Source: Planctomycetia bacterium
Lineage (GTDB): Bacteria > Planctomycetota > Planctomycetia > Pirellulales > Pirellulaceae
DNA length: 64,000 nucleotides
Direction: 5' to 3'
NCBI GenBank assembly: GCA_031367855.1
Contig: JANLQO010000454.1
Span: forward strand, 7,362 to 71,361
The notes below the pieces were generated by a model. That model was not told the DNA's origin. It made no database searches and saw only the letters and a program-made list of their open reading frames with translations. How positions within the stretch are numbered: the stretch's first letter is position 1; each line of letters starts with the position of its first letter. Both the position numbers and the translations under genes were made by a program. This document shows, piece after piece, positions 7,712-17,302 of this stretch.

Positions 7712-8959
7712 ATGTCCACCGGAGCTGCCACAGAGCCCTATTTCCAGCAATTGTTCGCCCAACGTATCGGCGGTTCCAACTACGGCAAAGGGACCGAGAT
7801 CTACAAGTTTGAAAAGATCAAGCGCGCCAAACGCAAGGCACTGGCGGACTATCCGGACCGCGCGCTGGTCGATTTTGGCATTGGCGAAAACGACAGCATG
7901 GCTGGGCTAAAGGTCCGCGAGCGGATGGCCGCAGAGATCAATCGCGTTGAAAACCGCGGCTACGCCGACAATGGTATCGCCGCTTACAAAGAAGCTGTCG
8001 CGCGCTTCATGGATCGCAATTTCAAAGTGCACCTCGATCCCGCTGGCGAGATCAATCACTGCATCGGCAGCAAAACCGCGCTGGCCATGCTCCCGGCTTG
8101 CTTCATCAATCCCGGCGACATCACCATGATGACCGTACCGGGTTATCCCGTGGCAGGTACGCATACCAAGTATTATGGCGGCGATGTCCATCGATTACCG
8201 CTGTTGGCTGCGAATAACTTCTATCCGGATTTTGATTCCATCGCGCCAGATATTTGGAAACGTACCAAGTTGGTTGTACTGAACTATCCGAACAGCCCAA
8301 CGGGCAAAGTGGCGACGCAGGATTTTTACCAACGAGTCATTGAACTGGCACATCGCCATGAATTCGTCGTCGTGCAAGATGCGGCGCATATCATGTTGAG
8401 CTTTGAAGGTGAACCGCTCAGCTTTCTGTCTGTGCCCGGTGCGCGCGAGGTGGGTGTCGAAGTGCATTCGATGAGCAAGGGCTTTGATATGATCGGCTGG
8501 CGCATCGGCTGGGTCTGCGGCAATGCAACGCTCGTGCAAGCACTCGCCGATGTGAAGGACAACAGCGACTCAGGTCAGTTCGCAGCGATTCAACAAGCCG
8601 CTGTCACGGCGCTCGATGAACCATCGATTCCGCTGCAGATTCGCGCCAAGTACCGCCGCCGCTTGGAGAAACTGGTCGCGATGCTGAAGAGCTGCGGCTT
8701 TCAGTGTTCGCTGCCTGGAGGAACTTACTTCCTGTATACGCCAGCCCCGAAGGGGGTCGTGGGCGGTGTGAAATTCGAAAACGCCGAACAAGCCAGCCAG
8801 TATTTGATCACCGAGAAATCGATCGTAACCGTGCCCTGGGACGATGCGGGTGCTTTCCTTCGATTCTCGGTGACTTACATCGCTGAAGACGAAGCCGCCG
8901 AGGATGCCCTGATGGCCGAAAGCGCTAAACGCCTAAGTTCCCTGTCCCTACAGTTCTAA
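7712..8959 (+). CDS. Class I/II PLP-dependent aminotransferase (LL-diaminopimelate aminotransferase-like)
   Basis: 415-aa ORF with the PLP-lysine motif SMSKGFDMIGWRIGW and NYPNSPTG. The N-terminal YKFEKIKRAKRKAL...DFGIGEND pattern resembles the DapL/PRK09276-type aminotransferases. The substrate assignment is tentative. Confidence 0.6.
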   Translation: MSTGAATEPYFQQLFAQRIGGSNYGKGTEIYKFEKIKRAKRKALADYPDRALVDFGIGENDSMAGLKVRERMAAEINRVENRGYADNGIAAYKEAVARFMDRNFKVHLDPAGEINHCIGSKTALAMLPACFINPGDITMMTVPGYPVAGTHTKYYGGDVHRLPLLAANNFYPDFDSIAPDIWKRTKLVVLNYPNSPTGKVATQDFYQRVIELAHRHEFVVVQDAAHIMLSFEGEPLSFLSVPGAREVGVEVHSMSKGFDMIGWRIGWVCGNATLVQALADVKDNSDSGQFAAIQQAAVTALDEPSIPLQIRAKYRRRLEKLVAMLKSCGFQCSLPGGTYFLYTPAPKGVVGGVKFENAEQASQYLITEKSIVTVPWDDAGAFLRFSVTYIAEDEAAEDALMAESAKRLSSLSLQF

Positions 8960-9015
8960 GTGGCGTAAGCTTCTAGCTTGCGTTGCTTGTGCATTTAATC
9001 TGAAGCGGACGGTCT

Positions 9016-10311
9016 CTAGAGCAAAAACCCTGGCTTGGTGTCGCGAAGAATCTCGGCGATTGCCGCGCGCTGATTATCCGTCAATCGTTCGTAGCCCTCG
9101 GGTACCTGCTTGGCGGTTAACACTTCGGTGATGCGGCGTTTGACGTATTCCATCACCGGCCGCGGCATGCGCTCGAAGGCTTCGCTGTAGATCAAGTAAC
9201 TGCACGGATGCTTAAGCAACTGGTGCGTTAGATCGAGCTCACGCAGACTGCGACCCCGCTGGTCAAGCTTGGCAGAAGCTCCGAATTGCTCCGCAAACTT
9301 TGAAGTTCCGCAAATGGGACTGGTGAACTCCACTTCGTCCGCAAACAGCATATAGCGCACGAGCGCCTCGGAAGCCGAATGGATGCGACGCGTGGTGGAC
9401 TCGCTGACGGCATCGAGCGGTCGGCCCAGGGCTTCATTGATGCCGTGATCGTAGTACGCTGCTGTGCGGGCTTCCATGCTGGCCCGCGCTATCAGGTTAT
9501 GCATTTGCGATTGATGCTCCAGCACCAACAGGGCAACAAGATCGCTGTGTTCAGTTAAATAGGGTTCCGTGTTAATCAGCTTTTCCAGGGTTTGTTGGTT
9601 TGCACCCGCGTCGACGTCCATCAGCTCAGGATCTTGTCGATCATTCGAACGCACGTTGCCTAAGTGACGCATCTGCCCATGCGAGCCGGTGACGTACCAG
9701 CCACCCCAACGCTGCTCAAAGGGACTCGAATGATCGGTCACATAGGTTCGCGAGCCCGTGCGCGGCCGACCATTGATATCGGGGTAGACGCTACGAATGA
9801 GATAGCCTGGAATGCCTTGCGTGCGCGCCGTAGCGTGACACGTCAAGCATTGACCACGATCGCGGACGATTCGCAAGGGCTCAGCGGCATCTTGGTCAAT
9901 CGTATAAAACACTGCCCCTAACTCGGGGTCCGTCGCAGCCAGTTCGACAACGTCACCTTGCTGACACCAACCGACGTAAACGTCATCGTTGAAGTACAAG
10001 GCGCGAGGCGTTCGCGGACTGATCTTGTGCAATTGCAGCGACGTTTTTGAAAACACCAATACTTGCGACTCTGGGGATACTTGCAAGTGCTTCAAGACAT
10101 CGGGCAACCAACCGTGACGCGCATCGTACTTGAACTGAATTTCACCCTTTTCGATCGCAGAGGCCAATGCGGCAACCCGGTCATGTGTCGCAACTTCGCC
10201 ATAGTTGATCGGCGGTTTTTCGAAATCAAACTGAGCCCAGCCGATGGCTGACGAAAGAATCCAAGCCAATGCGGTTGAAATACCAACAATGAGTTTCATC
10301 ATTACACCCAC
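9016..10311 (-). CDS. Secreted protein with a single c-type heme-binding motif (CLTCH), function unknown
   Basis: 431-aa ORF with a signal-like N-terminus (MKLIVGISTALAWILSSAIGWA) and one CxxCH motif (GQCLTCHATARTQG). I recognise no other family. Confidence 0.45.
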   Translation of the reverse strand: MGVMMKLIVGISTALAWILSSAIGWAQFDFEKPPINYGEVATHDRVAALASAIEKGEIQFKYDARHGWLPDVLKHLQVSPESQVLVFSKTSLQLHKISPRTPRALYFNDDVYVGWCQQGDVVELAATDPELGAVFYTIDQDAAEPLRIVRDRGQCLTCHATARTQGIPGYLIRSVYPDINGRPRTGSRTYVTDHSSPFEQRWGGWYVTGSHGQMRHLGNVRSNDRQDPELMDVDAGANQQTLEKLINTEPYLTEHSDLVALLVLEHQSQMHNLIARASMEARTAAYYDHGINEALGRPLDAVSESTTRRIHSASEALVRYMLFADEVEFTSPICGTSKFAEQFGASAKLDQRGRSLRELDLTHQLLKHPCSYLIYSEAFERMPRPVMEYVKRRITEVLTAKQVPEGYERLTDNQRAAIAEILRDTKPGFLL

Positions 10312-10403
10312 AGCGCGATTACTGAGGCAACTAACAAGGAATGCAAACCCTGCCTATTACCTTATCCAATCCTAAACAGGATGTCAATGTCCAGTTTTAG
10401 TTA

Positions 10404-10512
10404 TGTAGACGATTTTCCCAATCGTTGATGCGTGATGAGTGTAATCGTTCCCTGAGCAATTGAGACAATTGCTCTACTCTCGATGGCCATTGAGACAGTT
10501 GCTCTACTCTCG
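10404..10512. repeat. R2 repeat cluster (three units: one degenerate, one intact hairpin, one half unit)
   Basis: The three units are TGTAGACGATTTTCCCAATCGTT (10404-10426), GAGCAATTGagaCAATTGCTCTACTCTCG (10454-10482) and ATTGAGACAGTTGCTCTACTCTCG (10489-10512). The last two are direct repeats, and the last one contains the stop codon of the aldehyde dehydrogenase gene. Confidence 0.65.
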
Positions 10513-11967
10513 TTTGGTCTGGCTGCGAATAAAAGCCCAGCCGCTGCGGAGACGCTCGGATAACGTCCGACCGTGAAAGAACTTGAGAAGGTGCGTCAAC
10601 ACCGCTGGGTTACCTGCGACTCTGCGATCAAAGTGCGGCATCCAGCGACCGCGGCGTTCGCAGGTCACTTTGAGTCGCGTCATTTCCAGTAAACCTTCGG
10701 GACCGCGTGTCACCCCCCAGCCGCTATGACCGCGACCGCCGAACGATACTCGCGGATCAGCGGTCGGTATCAGCGTGTCGTTTAGGGTCACACAACCCGC
10801 TTGAATTTGTTCTGCCCAATGGGAAGCGTGGGGTTCAGGCCCAAACACCGACGCCCCCAAATGGTAGGGACAGCTTGCATCGACTCGGACCGCTTCGGTC
10901 ATGTCAGCTACTTGAATCACTGCCGCGAGCGGCGCAAACACATCCGCGTGAGCCACGCGCATCTTCGGAAGAACATCGACTAAGACCGTGGGTGGAAAAT
11001 TCTCGCCATGTTCGGTAGCGCGAGCCGTCAGCAACCGAGCGCCACTGGCAACTGCTTCCGCAATCAACTCGCTGGCTTGTGCGAGAATTTGTGGACGCAG
11101 CGATGTGGTGGGAGCGTCAATTAACGCTTCGGTTAGCAAATCGCACAAAGCTGCCTTGCTTTCCGCCGTGACGAATATTCGCCGCGGTGCGATGCACGTC
11201 GCGCCGCCGTTCATCGTGAGCGCGAAGGCGATCGACTTAGCCGCGCGCTTCAAATCCGCCTGAGGCAAGACGAAGACGGCGTCGCAGCCGCTCAATTCCA
11301 TCGTTGACGGAGTCAGTTCTTCGGCCAGCATGTGGAGCACCTTACGGCCCGTTTCAGCCGACCCGGTAAGCACTACTTTGTCGACTCCCAGTCGAATCGC
11401 TGCTTCACCTGCTTCAATGTCGCTAGGCAAAACTTGGACAAGTTCCTTTGGAATGCCCGCCGCCGCCATGCAATCTCGCAAAAGCAACGTCACGCGCTCA
11501 CAACCCGGCGCGGGTTTTACCAAGACCGCGTTTCCCGCCGCGACCGCTTGCATCATCTGCACTCCAGCCAGCAACAGCGGATAATTCCACGGAGCCAAAA
11601 TCAGCACCAAGCCCCAGGGTTCGGGCCGCACCGAGACTCCAATACGCCCCATCCACCACGAGCCCAACAACGCCTGGTGCGAGTAGGGAGCCAGAATTCG
11701 CGGTCCGTGGTTCGCAGCGAATTTGCAAGCATCCGCCAATGGGAAAACTTCGGAAGTCAAGATTTCAGCGGCCGTGGAAGGCCTTTCCACCGCCGCCACA
11801 AGTTCCTCGCTGCGTTGTGCCAATTCCGCCGCGATTGCAAAAATGGCGCGAAACCGATCTCGGCTTGTGGAAAACCACCACTTGCGCTGCGCATCGATTG
11901 CAGCTTTTCTCGCTTTCGTAACAATTACTACAACGTTTGACGGCACTTCGGAACTTTGGTTCATCAA
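10504..11967 (-). CDS. Aldehyde dehydrogenase family protein
   Basis: 487-aa ORF with ALDH-type motifs: LAPWNYPLLL, VVLTGSAETGRKV, MELSGCDAVFV (equivalent to ELGGK) and the catalytic-Cys region NGGATCIAPRRIFV. Confidence 0.8.
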   Translation of the reverse strand: MMNQSSEVPSNVVVIVTKARKAAIDAQRKWWFSTSRDRFRAIFAIAAELAQRSEELVAAVERPSTAAEILTSEVFPLADACKFAANHGPRILAPYSHQALLGSWWMGRIGVSVRPEPWGLVLILAPWNYPLLLAGVQMMQAVAAGNAVLVKPAPGCERVTLLLRDCMAAAGIPKELVQVLPSDIEAGEAAIRLGVDKVVLTGSAETGRKVLHMLAEELTPSTMELSGCDAVFVLPQADLKRAAKSIAFALTMNGGATCIAPRRIFVTAESKAALCDLLTEALIDAPTTSLRPQILAQASELIAEAVASGARLLTARATEHGENFPPTVLVDVLPKMRVAHADVFAPLAAVIQVADMTEAVRVDASCPYHLGASVFGPEPHASHWAEQIQAGCVTLNDTLIPTADPRVSFGGRGHSGWGVTRGPEGLLEMTRLKVTCERRGRWMPHFDRRVAGNPAVLTHLLKFFHGRTLSERLRSGWAFIRSQTKRE

Positions 11968-12056
11968 CTTGATAGGCCCGCGAGGCGTAAATTCGAACTG
12001 CAGTTATAATTGAACTGACTTGGGCGTAGTGGATCTGGCGAAAGTAGCTTGTAAAG

Positions 12057-12713
12057 ATGACTGGACGAACGATTGCGGTGGGAGACATTCACGGATGTTC
12101 CGCCGCACTGAAAAAACTTCTCGACACGATTGCTCCCACGCCTGATGATACCATAGTTACGCTCGGTGATTACGTAGATCGTGGCCCAGATAGTCGGGGA
12201 GTGATCAACCAGTTGATCGAACTCCGTAAGCGATGTCAGCTTGTGACACTGATGGGTAATCACGAAGAGATGATGTTGGAAGTGGTCCGCGAAAAACAGC
12301 CGCCCTATCGCTGGCTACAGCACGGCGGCGTGGATACCCTCGATTCCTATGGCTTTTGTGGTGACATGTCGGTGATTCCGGAAACGCATCTCGAGTTCTT
12401 TCGTTCGATGAAGGATTTTTACGAGACCGATTCGCATTTCTTTGTTCACGCCAACTACGACCCGAATATACCGTTGGAACAGCAAGATGCGCATACCTTG
12501 CGTTGGCAGAAATTGACCGAAGTGACGCCTGGCCCACATCAGAATGGCAAGCGAGCTGTGGTAGGACATACACACGCTCGCGATGGCGAGATCTTTAAAG
12601 TCGGCCACTTAATCTGCATCGATACGTATTGCTACGGCGGACGCTGGTTGACCGCTCTCGATGTCACTAGCGGTACTATCTGGCAAGCAAATTCTGAAGG
12701 TCGTTTGCGATAA
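12057..12713 (+). CDS. Metallophosphoesterase (PPP-family Ser/Thr phosphatase / ApaH-like)
   Basis: The motifs GDIHGC, GDYVDRGPDS, GNHE and VGHTH occur in the canonical order. Confidence 0.8.
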   Translation: MTGRTIAVGDIHGCSAALKKLLDTIAPTPDDTIVTLGDYVDRGPDSRGVINQLIELRKRCQLVTLMGNHEEMMLEVVREKQPPYRWLQHGGVDTLDSYGFCGDMSVIPETHLEFFRSMKDFYETDSHFFVHANYDPNIPLEQQDAHTLRWQKLTEVTPGPHQNGKRAVVGHTHARDGEIFKVGHLICIDTYCYGGRWLTALDVTSGTIWQANSEGRLR

Positions 12714-12832
12714 CTTGTTTCCCGAACGATGCTAAATTGATTCTAGGTGATTGCTTCTGGCTCCTCTCGGTTCAGAATAAAGATCGACTTCGTCGTTTCG
12801 CTCTCATTCTCTCAGGGCTGGTGAGCCACTAG

Positions 12833-12931
12833 GCTTTGTCTCAAAAAAGGGTCTGACCCTTTGGAGGGCAGGCAAAATCCCAGACAAAAGAACATGCCCG
12901 GTGAGGGTCAGACCCTTTTTGAGACAAAGCC
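12833..12931 (+). repeat. R1 palindromic intergenic element, copy 2
   Basis: The arms are GCTTTGTCTCAAAAAAGGGTCTGACCCTTTGGAGGGCAGG ... CATGCCCGGTGAGGGTCAGACCCTTTTTGAGACAAAGCC. The element lies 7 nt upstream of the likely start of the next gene. Confidence 0.8.
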
Positions 12932-12938
12932 TAGTCCA

Positions 12939-15521
12939 ATGAACATGCGCGATCAATTGAAACCAGACAGGAGCAGAGAGAGAAACGCGAGGCGATTGTG
13001 TTCGGTCGTCGTGGCAGGATTCATGCTGCTTGTCGGTACCGGGCTCCGGGGTCAAGACAGCGTGCGTTATCAACGCGACGTCCTGCCCATTCTGGCTGAC
13101 CATTGTTTCGTCTGTCATGGTGTCGATAGCGCCAAGCGTCAAGCAGAGCTCCGGCTGGATGAGCGCGGCAGCAGTACCAAGACCCTAGAGTCCGGACAGC
13201 AAGCCATCGTTCCAGGGGACTTGAAGAGCAGCGCATTGTGGCAACGCATTACCTCCGATGACTCGAACCAAACCATGCCCCCACCCGAGACCGGTCGTGC
13301 GCTTTCGCCCGATCAGCGCGAGATCTTGCGACGCTGGATTGAGCAAGGCGCGCCCTATGAAAAACACTGGGCTTATATTCCTCCGCAAAAGGCCGTTCCT
13401 CCGCTCGTTACGGGTGCCGAATATCCGATCGATCGCTTTGTTCGCGCGCGACTTGCCGCAGAGCGTATTCAACCTTCGCCACCCGTCGATCGCACCACCC
13501 TGATTCGCCGTGTGACGCTCGATTTGACCGGATTGCCTCCCACGTTGCTGGAAGTGGATGCCTTTTTGAACGATCCGCGTCCCGATTCCTACGAACGCGT
13601 AGTCCATCGTTTGTTGGGATCGGAACAGTTTGGAGAACGATGGGCACGCTGGTGGCTTGACTTGGCGCATTACGGCGACAGCGATGGTTACCTGCAAGAC
13701 TTCCTTAGACCCGTGGCGTGGCGCTACCGACAATGGTTGATCGATGCCTTCAATACGGACATGCCCTTCGATCAATTCACGATCTCACAAATCGCCGGAG
13801 ATCTCATTCCGAATGCAACCATTTCGCAAAAAATGGGAACCGGCTTTTTGCGCAACACGCTGAGCAACCGCGAGGGTGGGGCTGACCTGGAGGAATTTCG
13901 CGTCAATCAAGTTTTGGACAGAACGATGACATTCGGCACTACTTGGTTGGGTCTTACCGTCGGATGTGCGCAATGTCATGACCACAAGTTCGACGCTATT
14001 ACCCAACGCGAGTATTTCCAACTCTATGCTTTTTTCAACAGCGCTGACGAAGCGAACATCGATGCACCGCTAGCAGGCGAGCACGCGGCCTGGGAAGCGG
14101 CTAAACCGGATTACGATTGCAAGCGAACCGAGTTGCTCGCGCCTGTCACCGGTCAACTCCAGGCACTACAGACGGAGTGGGAACAAAGGATCTTGTATAC
14201 GGAATCGCATCCTAGTGAGGACTTTGCATGGGATCGCACTTTGGAGCTGCTCGGCCTGCAATGGGGTCAAAACTTGGGGGAAGGACAACTTGAAGGGCTT
14301 GGCATCATCAAGACGTCGCCATCGCAGCGAACAACCGATCAGCAGCAGCGGCTGCAGGACTACTTTCTGAGATCAGCTCCCTCGGAGTATGCTTCGAAGC
14401 TGAAGGAGCTTAACGTAAGTGAGTTGATCACGAAGCTGGATGCGTTAACCAAAGCCTTGCCGCCGATTACCCGCGCACCTGCGATGACGAAGTCACCTGC
14501 AACACGACCGAATCATCTTTTTGTGCGCGGTGACTATTTGAACCTCGGTGAGCAAGTGAATCCAGGTACGCCATCGGTACTTCCACCGATGCAGGGAGAG
14601 GGCGAGGCAGATCGGCTTGCGCTAGCAAACTGGTTGGTTTCACGGAATCATCCGTTGACGGCGCGGGTCGCCGTTAATCGATTATGGCAAGAGCTCTTTG
14701 GGCGTGGACTGGTAGCGACGTCGGAGAATTTTGGAGTACGCGGCGATCGACCATCGCATCCTGAATTGCTCGATTGGTTGGCGATCGAATGGATGGAGCA
14801 GGGCTGGAGCTTTAAGACACTGCTACGAACTATGGTTTTATCGGAAACCTACCGGCAATCGTCAGCCAGTCGTTCTGATCTAGCGTCCATAGATCCATGG
14901 AATCGCCTGTTGGCGAGACAGACTCGAATACGATTGTCAGGAGAAGCCATACGCGACTCGGCACTCGCCGTCAGTGGCTTGCTGAATCGAACCCTGGGTG
15001 GACCCAGCGTCAAACCCCAACAGCCCGCCAGTGTTTCCAAGGAAGGCTATGCAAACCAATGGGAACCGAGTCAGGGAGCGGATCGACATCGGCGTGGTTT
15101 GTATACCTTTATTCAACGCACTTCGCCTTTTGCCCAATTGGTGACCTTCGATTTGCCAGATACAAGTCGTAGCTGTACTCGTCGCGAGCGAACCAATACT
15201 CCTTTGCAAGCTCTGAATCTGCTCAACGACCCCAATTTCATGGATGCCGCCCGCAACCTGGCGGCGAGAATTCTGAGAGAGGCGCCGACCAACGACGAAC
15301 AGCGCATTGTTCATGGTTGGATGCTGGCGATTTCACGGACTCCCACGCCGGAAGAGTCGGGGCGATTATTGCGCTATGTACAACAGCAGCGTGCGATTTT
15401 CCTCAGCGACCCAGCGGCAGCCAAAACTCTTTTAAATGATGGACTAAGTGGTTTGGATGGCGAATGGGTGATGTTTGCCAGCGTACTTTTGAACCTCGAT
15501 GAATTTGTCTGTCGGGAATAG
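12939..15521 (+). CDS. PSCyt1/PSCyt2(DUF1549)/PSD1(DUF1553) planctomycete cytochrome-c-domain protein
   Basis: Motifs are VLPILADHCFVCHG (PSCyt1), IDRFVRARLAAERIQPSPPVDRTTLIRRVTLDLTGLPPT (DUF1549), CAQCHDHKFD, and a DUF1553-type C-terminal half. The start is moved to the ATG at 12939 (MNMRDQL...) because the first 26 codons of the track ORF lie inside the R1 repeat. Confidence 0.85.
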   Translation: MNMRDQLKPDRSRERNARRLCSVVVAGFMLLVGTGLRGQDSVRYQRDVLPILADHCFVCHGVDSAKRQAELRLDERGSSTKTLESGQQAIVPGDLKSSALWQRITSDDSNQTMPPPETGRALSPDQREILRRWIEQGAPYEKHWAYIPPQKAVPPLVTGAEYPIDRFVRARLAAERIQPSPPVDRTTLIRRVTLDLTGLPPTLLEVDAFLNDPRPDSYERVVHRLLGSEQFGERWARWWLDLAHYGDSDGYLQDFLRPVAWRYRQWLIDAFNTDMPFDQFTISQIAGDLIPNATISQKMGTGFLRNTLSNREGGADLEEFRVNQVLDRTMTFGTTWLGLTVGCAQCHDHKFDAITQREYFQLYAFFNSADEANIDAPLAGEHAAWEAAKPDYDCKRTELLAPVTGQLQALQTEWEQRILYTESHPSEDFAWDRTLELLGLQWGQNLGEGQLEGLGIIKTSPSQRTTDQQQRLQDYFLRSAPSEYASKLKELNVSELITKLDALTKALPPITRAPAMTKSPATRPNHLFVRGDYLNLGEQVNPGTPSVLPPMQGEGEADRLALANWLVSRNHPLTARVAVNRLWQELFGRGLVATSENFGVRGDRPSHPELLDWLAIEWMEQGWSFKTLLRTMVLSETYRQSSASRSDLASIDPWNRLLARQTRIRLSGEAIRDSALAVSGLLNRTLGGPSVKPQQPASVSKEGYANQWEPSQGADRHRRGLYTFIQRTSPFAQLVTFDLPDTSRSCTRRERTNTPLQALNLLNDPNFMDAARNLAARILREAPTNDEQRIVHGWMLAISRTPTPEESGRLLRYVQQQRAIFLSDPAAAKTLLNDGLSGLDGEWVMFASVLLNLDEFVCRE

Positions 15522-15525
15522 AACC

Positions 15526-16944
15526 ATGTTTGAACTGCCATCGCGCCGCGACTGGCTTGCACGAGGGTCCTATGGATTGGGTGCGATCGCGCTTTGGCAC
15601 ATTTTGTGTCAGGAGGGGCGCACTTCGATACCCACTACAAGCGTTAAGGCTCGCGCGAAAAGTGTAATCTTTTTGTTCATGATGGGTGGCCAGTCACATC
15701 TTGATCTATTTGATCCTAAACCCAAGATGGCCGCATTGAATGGTCAACCGATCCCCGAACACTTGACGAAGGCAAAAAAGAGCGCAACGGGCGGTGTACT
15801 AGAAACGATTCAGGCAAGTCCGCGCAGTTTTCGCCCCTATGGTCAATCGGGAATGGAATTGTCCGAGCTCATCCCCCATACTGCCGAAATGGCCGACGAC
15901 ATGTGCTTGATTCGTTCGATGCATTGTGAACAATCCAATCATGACCCGGCTCAATTGCTGTTGCATTGTGGTACGCCGCAATTCGGAGGCCCGAGCATTG
16001 GGTCATGGGTCACGTATGGACTTGGCAGCGCGTGCCATGATATGCCTGGCTATTTAGTGCTGACATCCGACGATGGGCATGGGCTGGAGGGAGCAGGGAG
16101 TTCGATTTGGGGAAGCGGTTTCATGCCTGCCGCGTATCGAGGAGTGACGTTTCGCAATGCGCGCGAATCGGTGTTGTATCTCGCCAATCCCGGCGGAGTC
16201 AATTTCGAGTCGCAGCGGGCACGTCTCGATGCCCTTGAAGACTTGAATCGATTCCGGCAGGCAACGACCGGTGACCCTGAGATCGCTGCCCGCATCGCTT
16301 CGTACGAAATGGCGTTTCGTATGCAGACTGCGGCACCCGAACTGCTTGACTTCAGTCAAGAGACAGCCCACACCCAATCGATGTATGGACTTAATTCCGA
16401 GCCGACGCGTGCGTTTGGCACAAACTGCTTGCTGGCGCGCCGCATGGTCGAAAGAGGCGTTCGATTTGTTCATCTCGTTCACAGCACTTGGGATCATCAT
16501 TCCGATTTAAGCAAACGCATTGCCAATAATTGCAAGATGACGGATCAACCCGCCGCAGCGCTGCTCAAGGATCTAAAACAGCGTGGGTTATTAGACGAGA
16601 CATTGGTGGTTTGGGCCGGAGAGTTTGGGCGAACGCCGATGGCCGAAGTGAGGCGCGGTGTACAGCCCGATGGCAGAGACCATCACCCCAATGCCTTTAG
16701 TGTTTGGATGGCAGGGGGCGGCGTGAAACGAGGACACGTTTACGGAGCCACCGACGACTTTGGTTTTCAGGTCACCGAGAATCCAGTTCACGTGCATGAT
16801 CTTCAGGCGACCATTTTGCATCTACTTGGCATCGATCACGAAAGGCTCACTTATCGCCATGCAGGCCGCGACTATAGGCTTACCGATGTAGCCGGGCGAG
16901 TCGTGGAAGGCATGCTCGTTCCGAGTGAAAGCCAGTCCCAGTGA
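15526..16944 (+). CDS. DUF1501 (sulfatase-like) protein
   Basis: The N-terminus is twin-arginine-like (MFELPSRRDWLARGS). Typical DUF1501 blocks are present (FLFMMGGQSHLDLFDPKP, RSMHCEQSNH, VVWAGEFGRTP, GRDHHPNAFSVWMAGGGVK). This is the usual partner of the preceding DUF1549/DUF1553 gene. The start is at the first ATG after the upstream stop. Confidence 0.85.
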   Translation: MFELPSRRDWLARGSYGLGAIALWHILCQEGRTSIPTTSVKARAKSVIFLFMMGGQSHLDLFDPKPKMAALNGQPIPEHLTKAKKSATGGVLETIQASPRSFRPYGQSGMELSELIPHTAEMADDMCLIRSMHCEQSNHDPAQLLLHCGTPQFGGPSIGSWVTYGLGSACHDMPGYLVLTSDDGHGLEGAGSSIWGSGFMPAAYRGVTFRNARESVLYLANPGGVNFESQRARLDALEDLNRFRQATTGDPEIAARIASYEMAFRMQTAAPELLDFSQETAHTQSMYGLNSEPTRAFGTNCLLARRMVERGVRFVHLVHSTWDHHSDLSKRIANNCKMTDQPAAALLKDLKQRGLLDETLVVWAGEFGRTPMAEVRRGVQPDGRDHHPNAFSVWMAGGGVKRGHVYGATDDFGFQVTENPVHVHDLQATILHLLGIDHERLTYRHAGRDYRLTDVAGRVVEGMLVPSESQSQ

Positions 16945-17302
16945 GTCCCTGGCCCGCTTCCACAGCCACGCGATGGTCGATCATCCTGCAAGCAGGCTAC
17001 CAACTCTGGGTATCGCAATCTGGTCTTTTGGAAAAGTCAAATGTAGGGTGGGTCGAGGTACGATCGTTGACCTCGCTCAGCGAATGGGTAATGCGGTGTC
17101 GCGGAGCAACACGTCCACATTCGCCCTACCGAGCCTATTTCAACGGAAAAAGCGAGAAAAACTCCCGATTCCTTAGGGTAAAGCCTATTCTGGTCCGCGT
17201 TTGACTGTCAAACTTAAGAGGTACGCAAGGCACCGGCGGAATCGGTTTGCGTGAACATTCTGCCTCGCACGCCTGTCTATAGGGCGTGCCGACTTTTCTT
17301 GC

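Noticed and set aside
16925-17204. Two overlapping ~85-aa plus-strand ORFs in the DUF1501-rnr spacer.
   Set aside because: They have no RBS and no motif, and they overlap the palindromic structure at 17043-17129. They are more likely non-coding.
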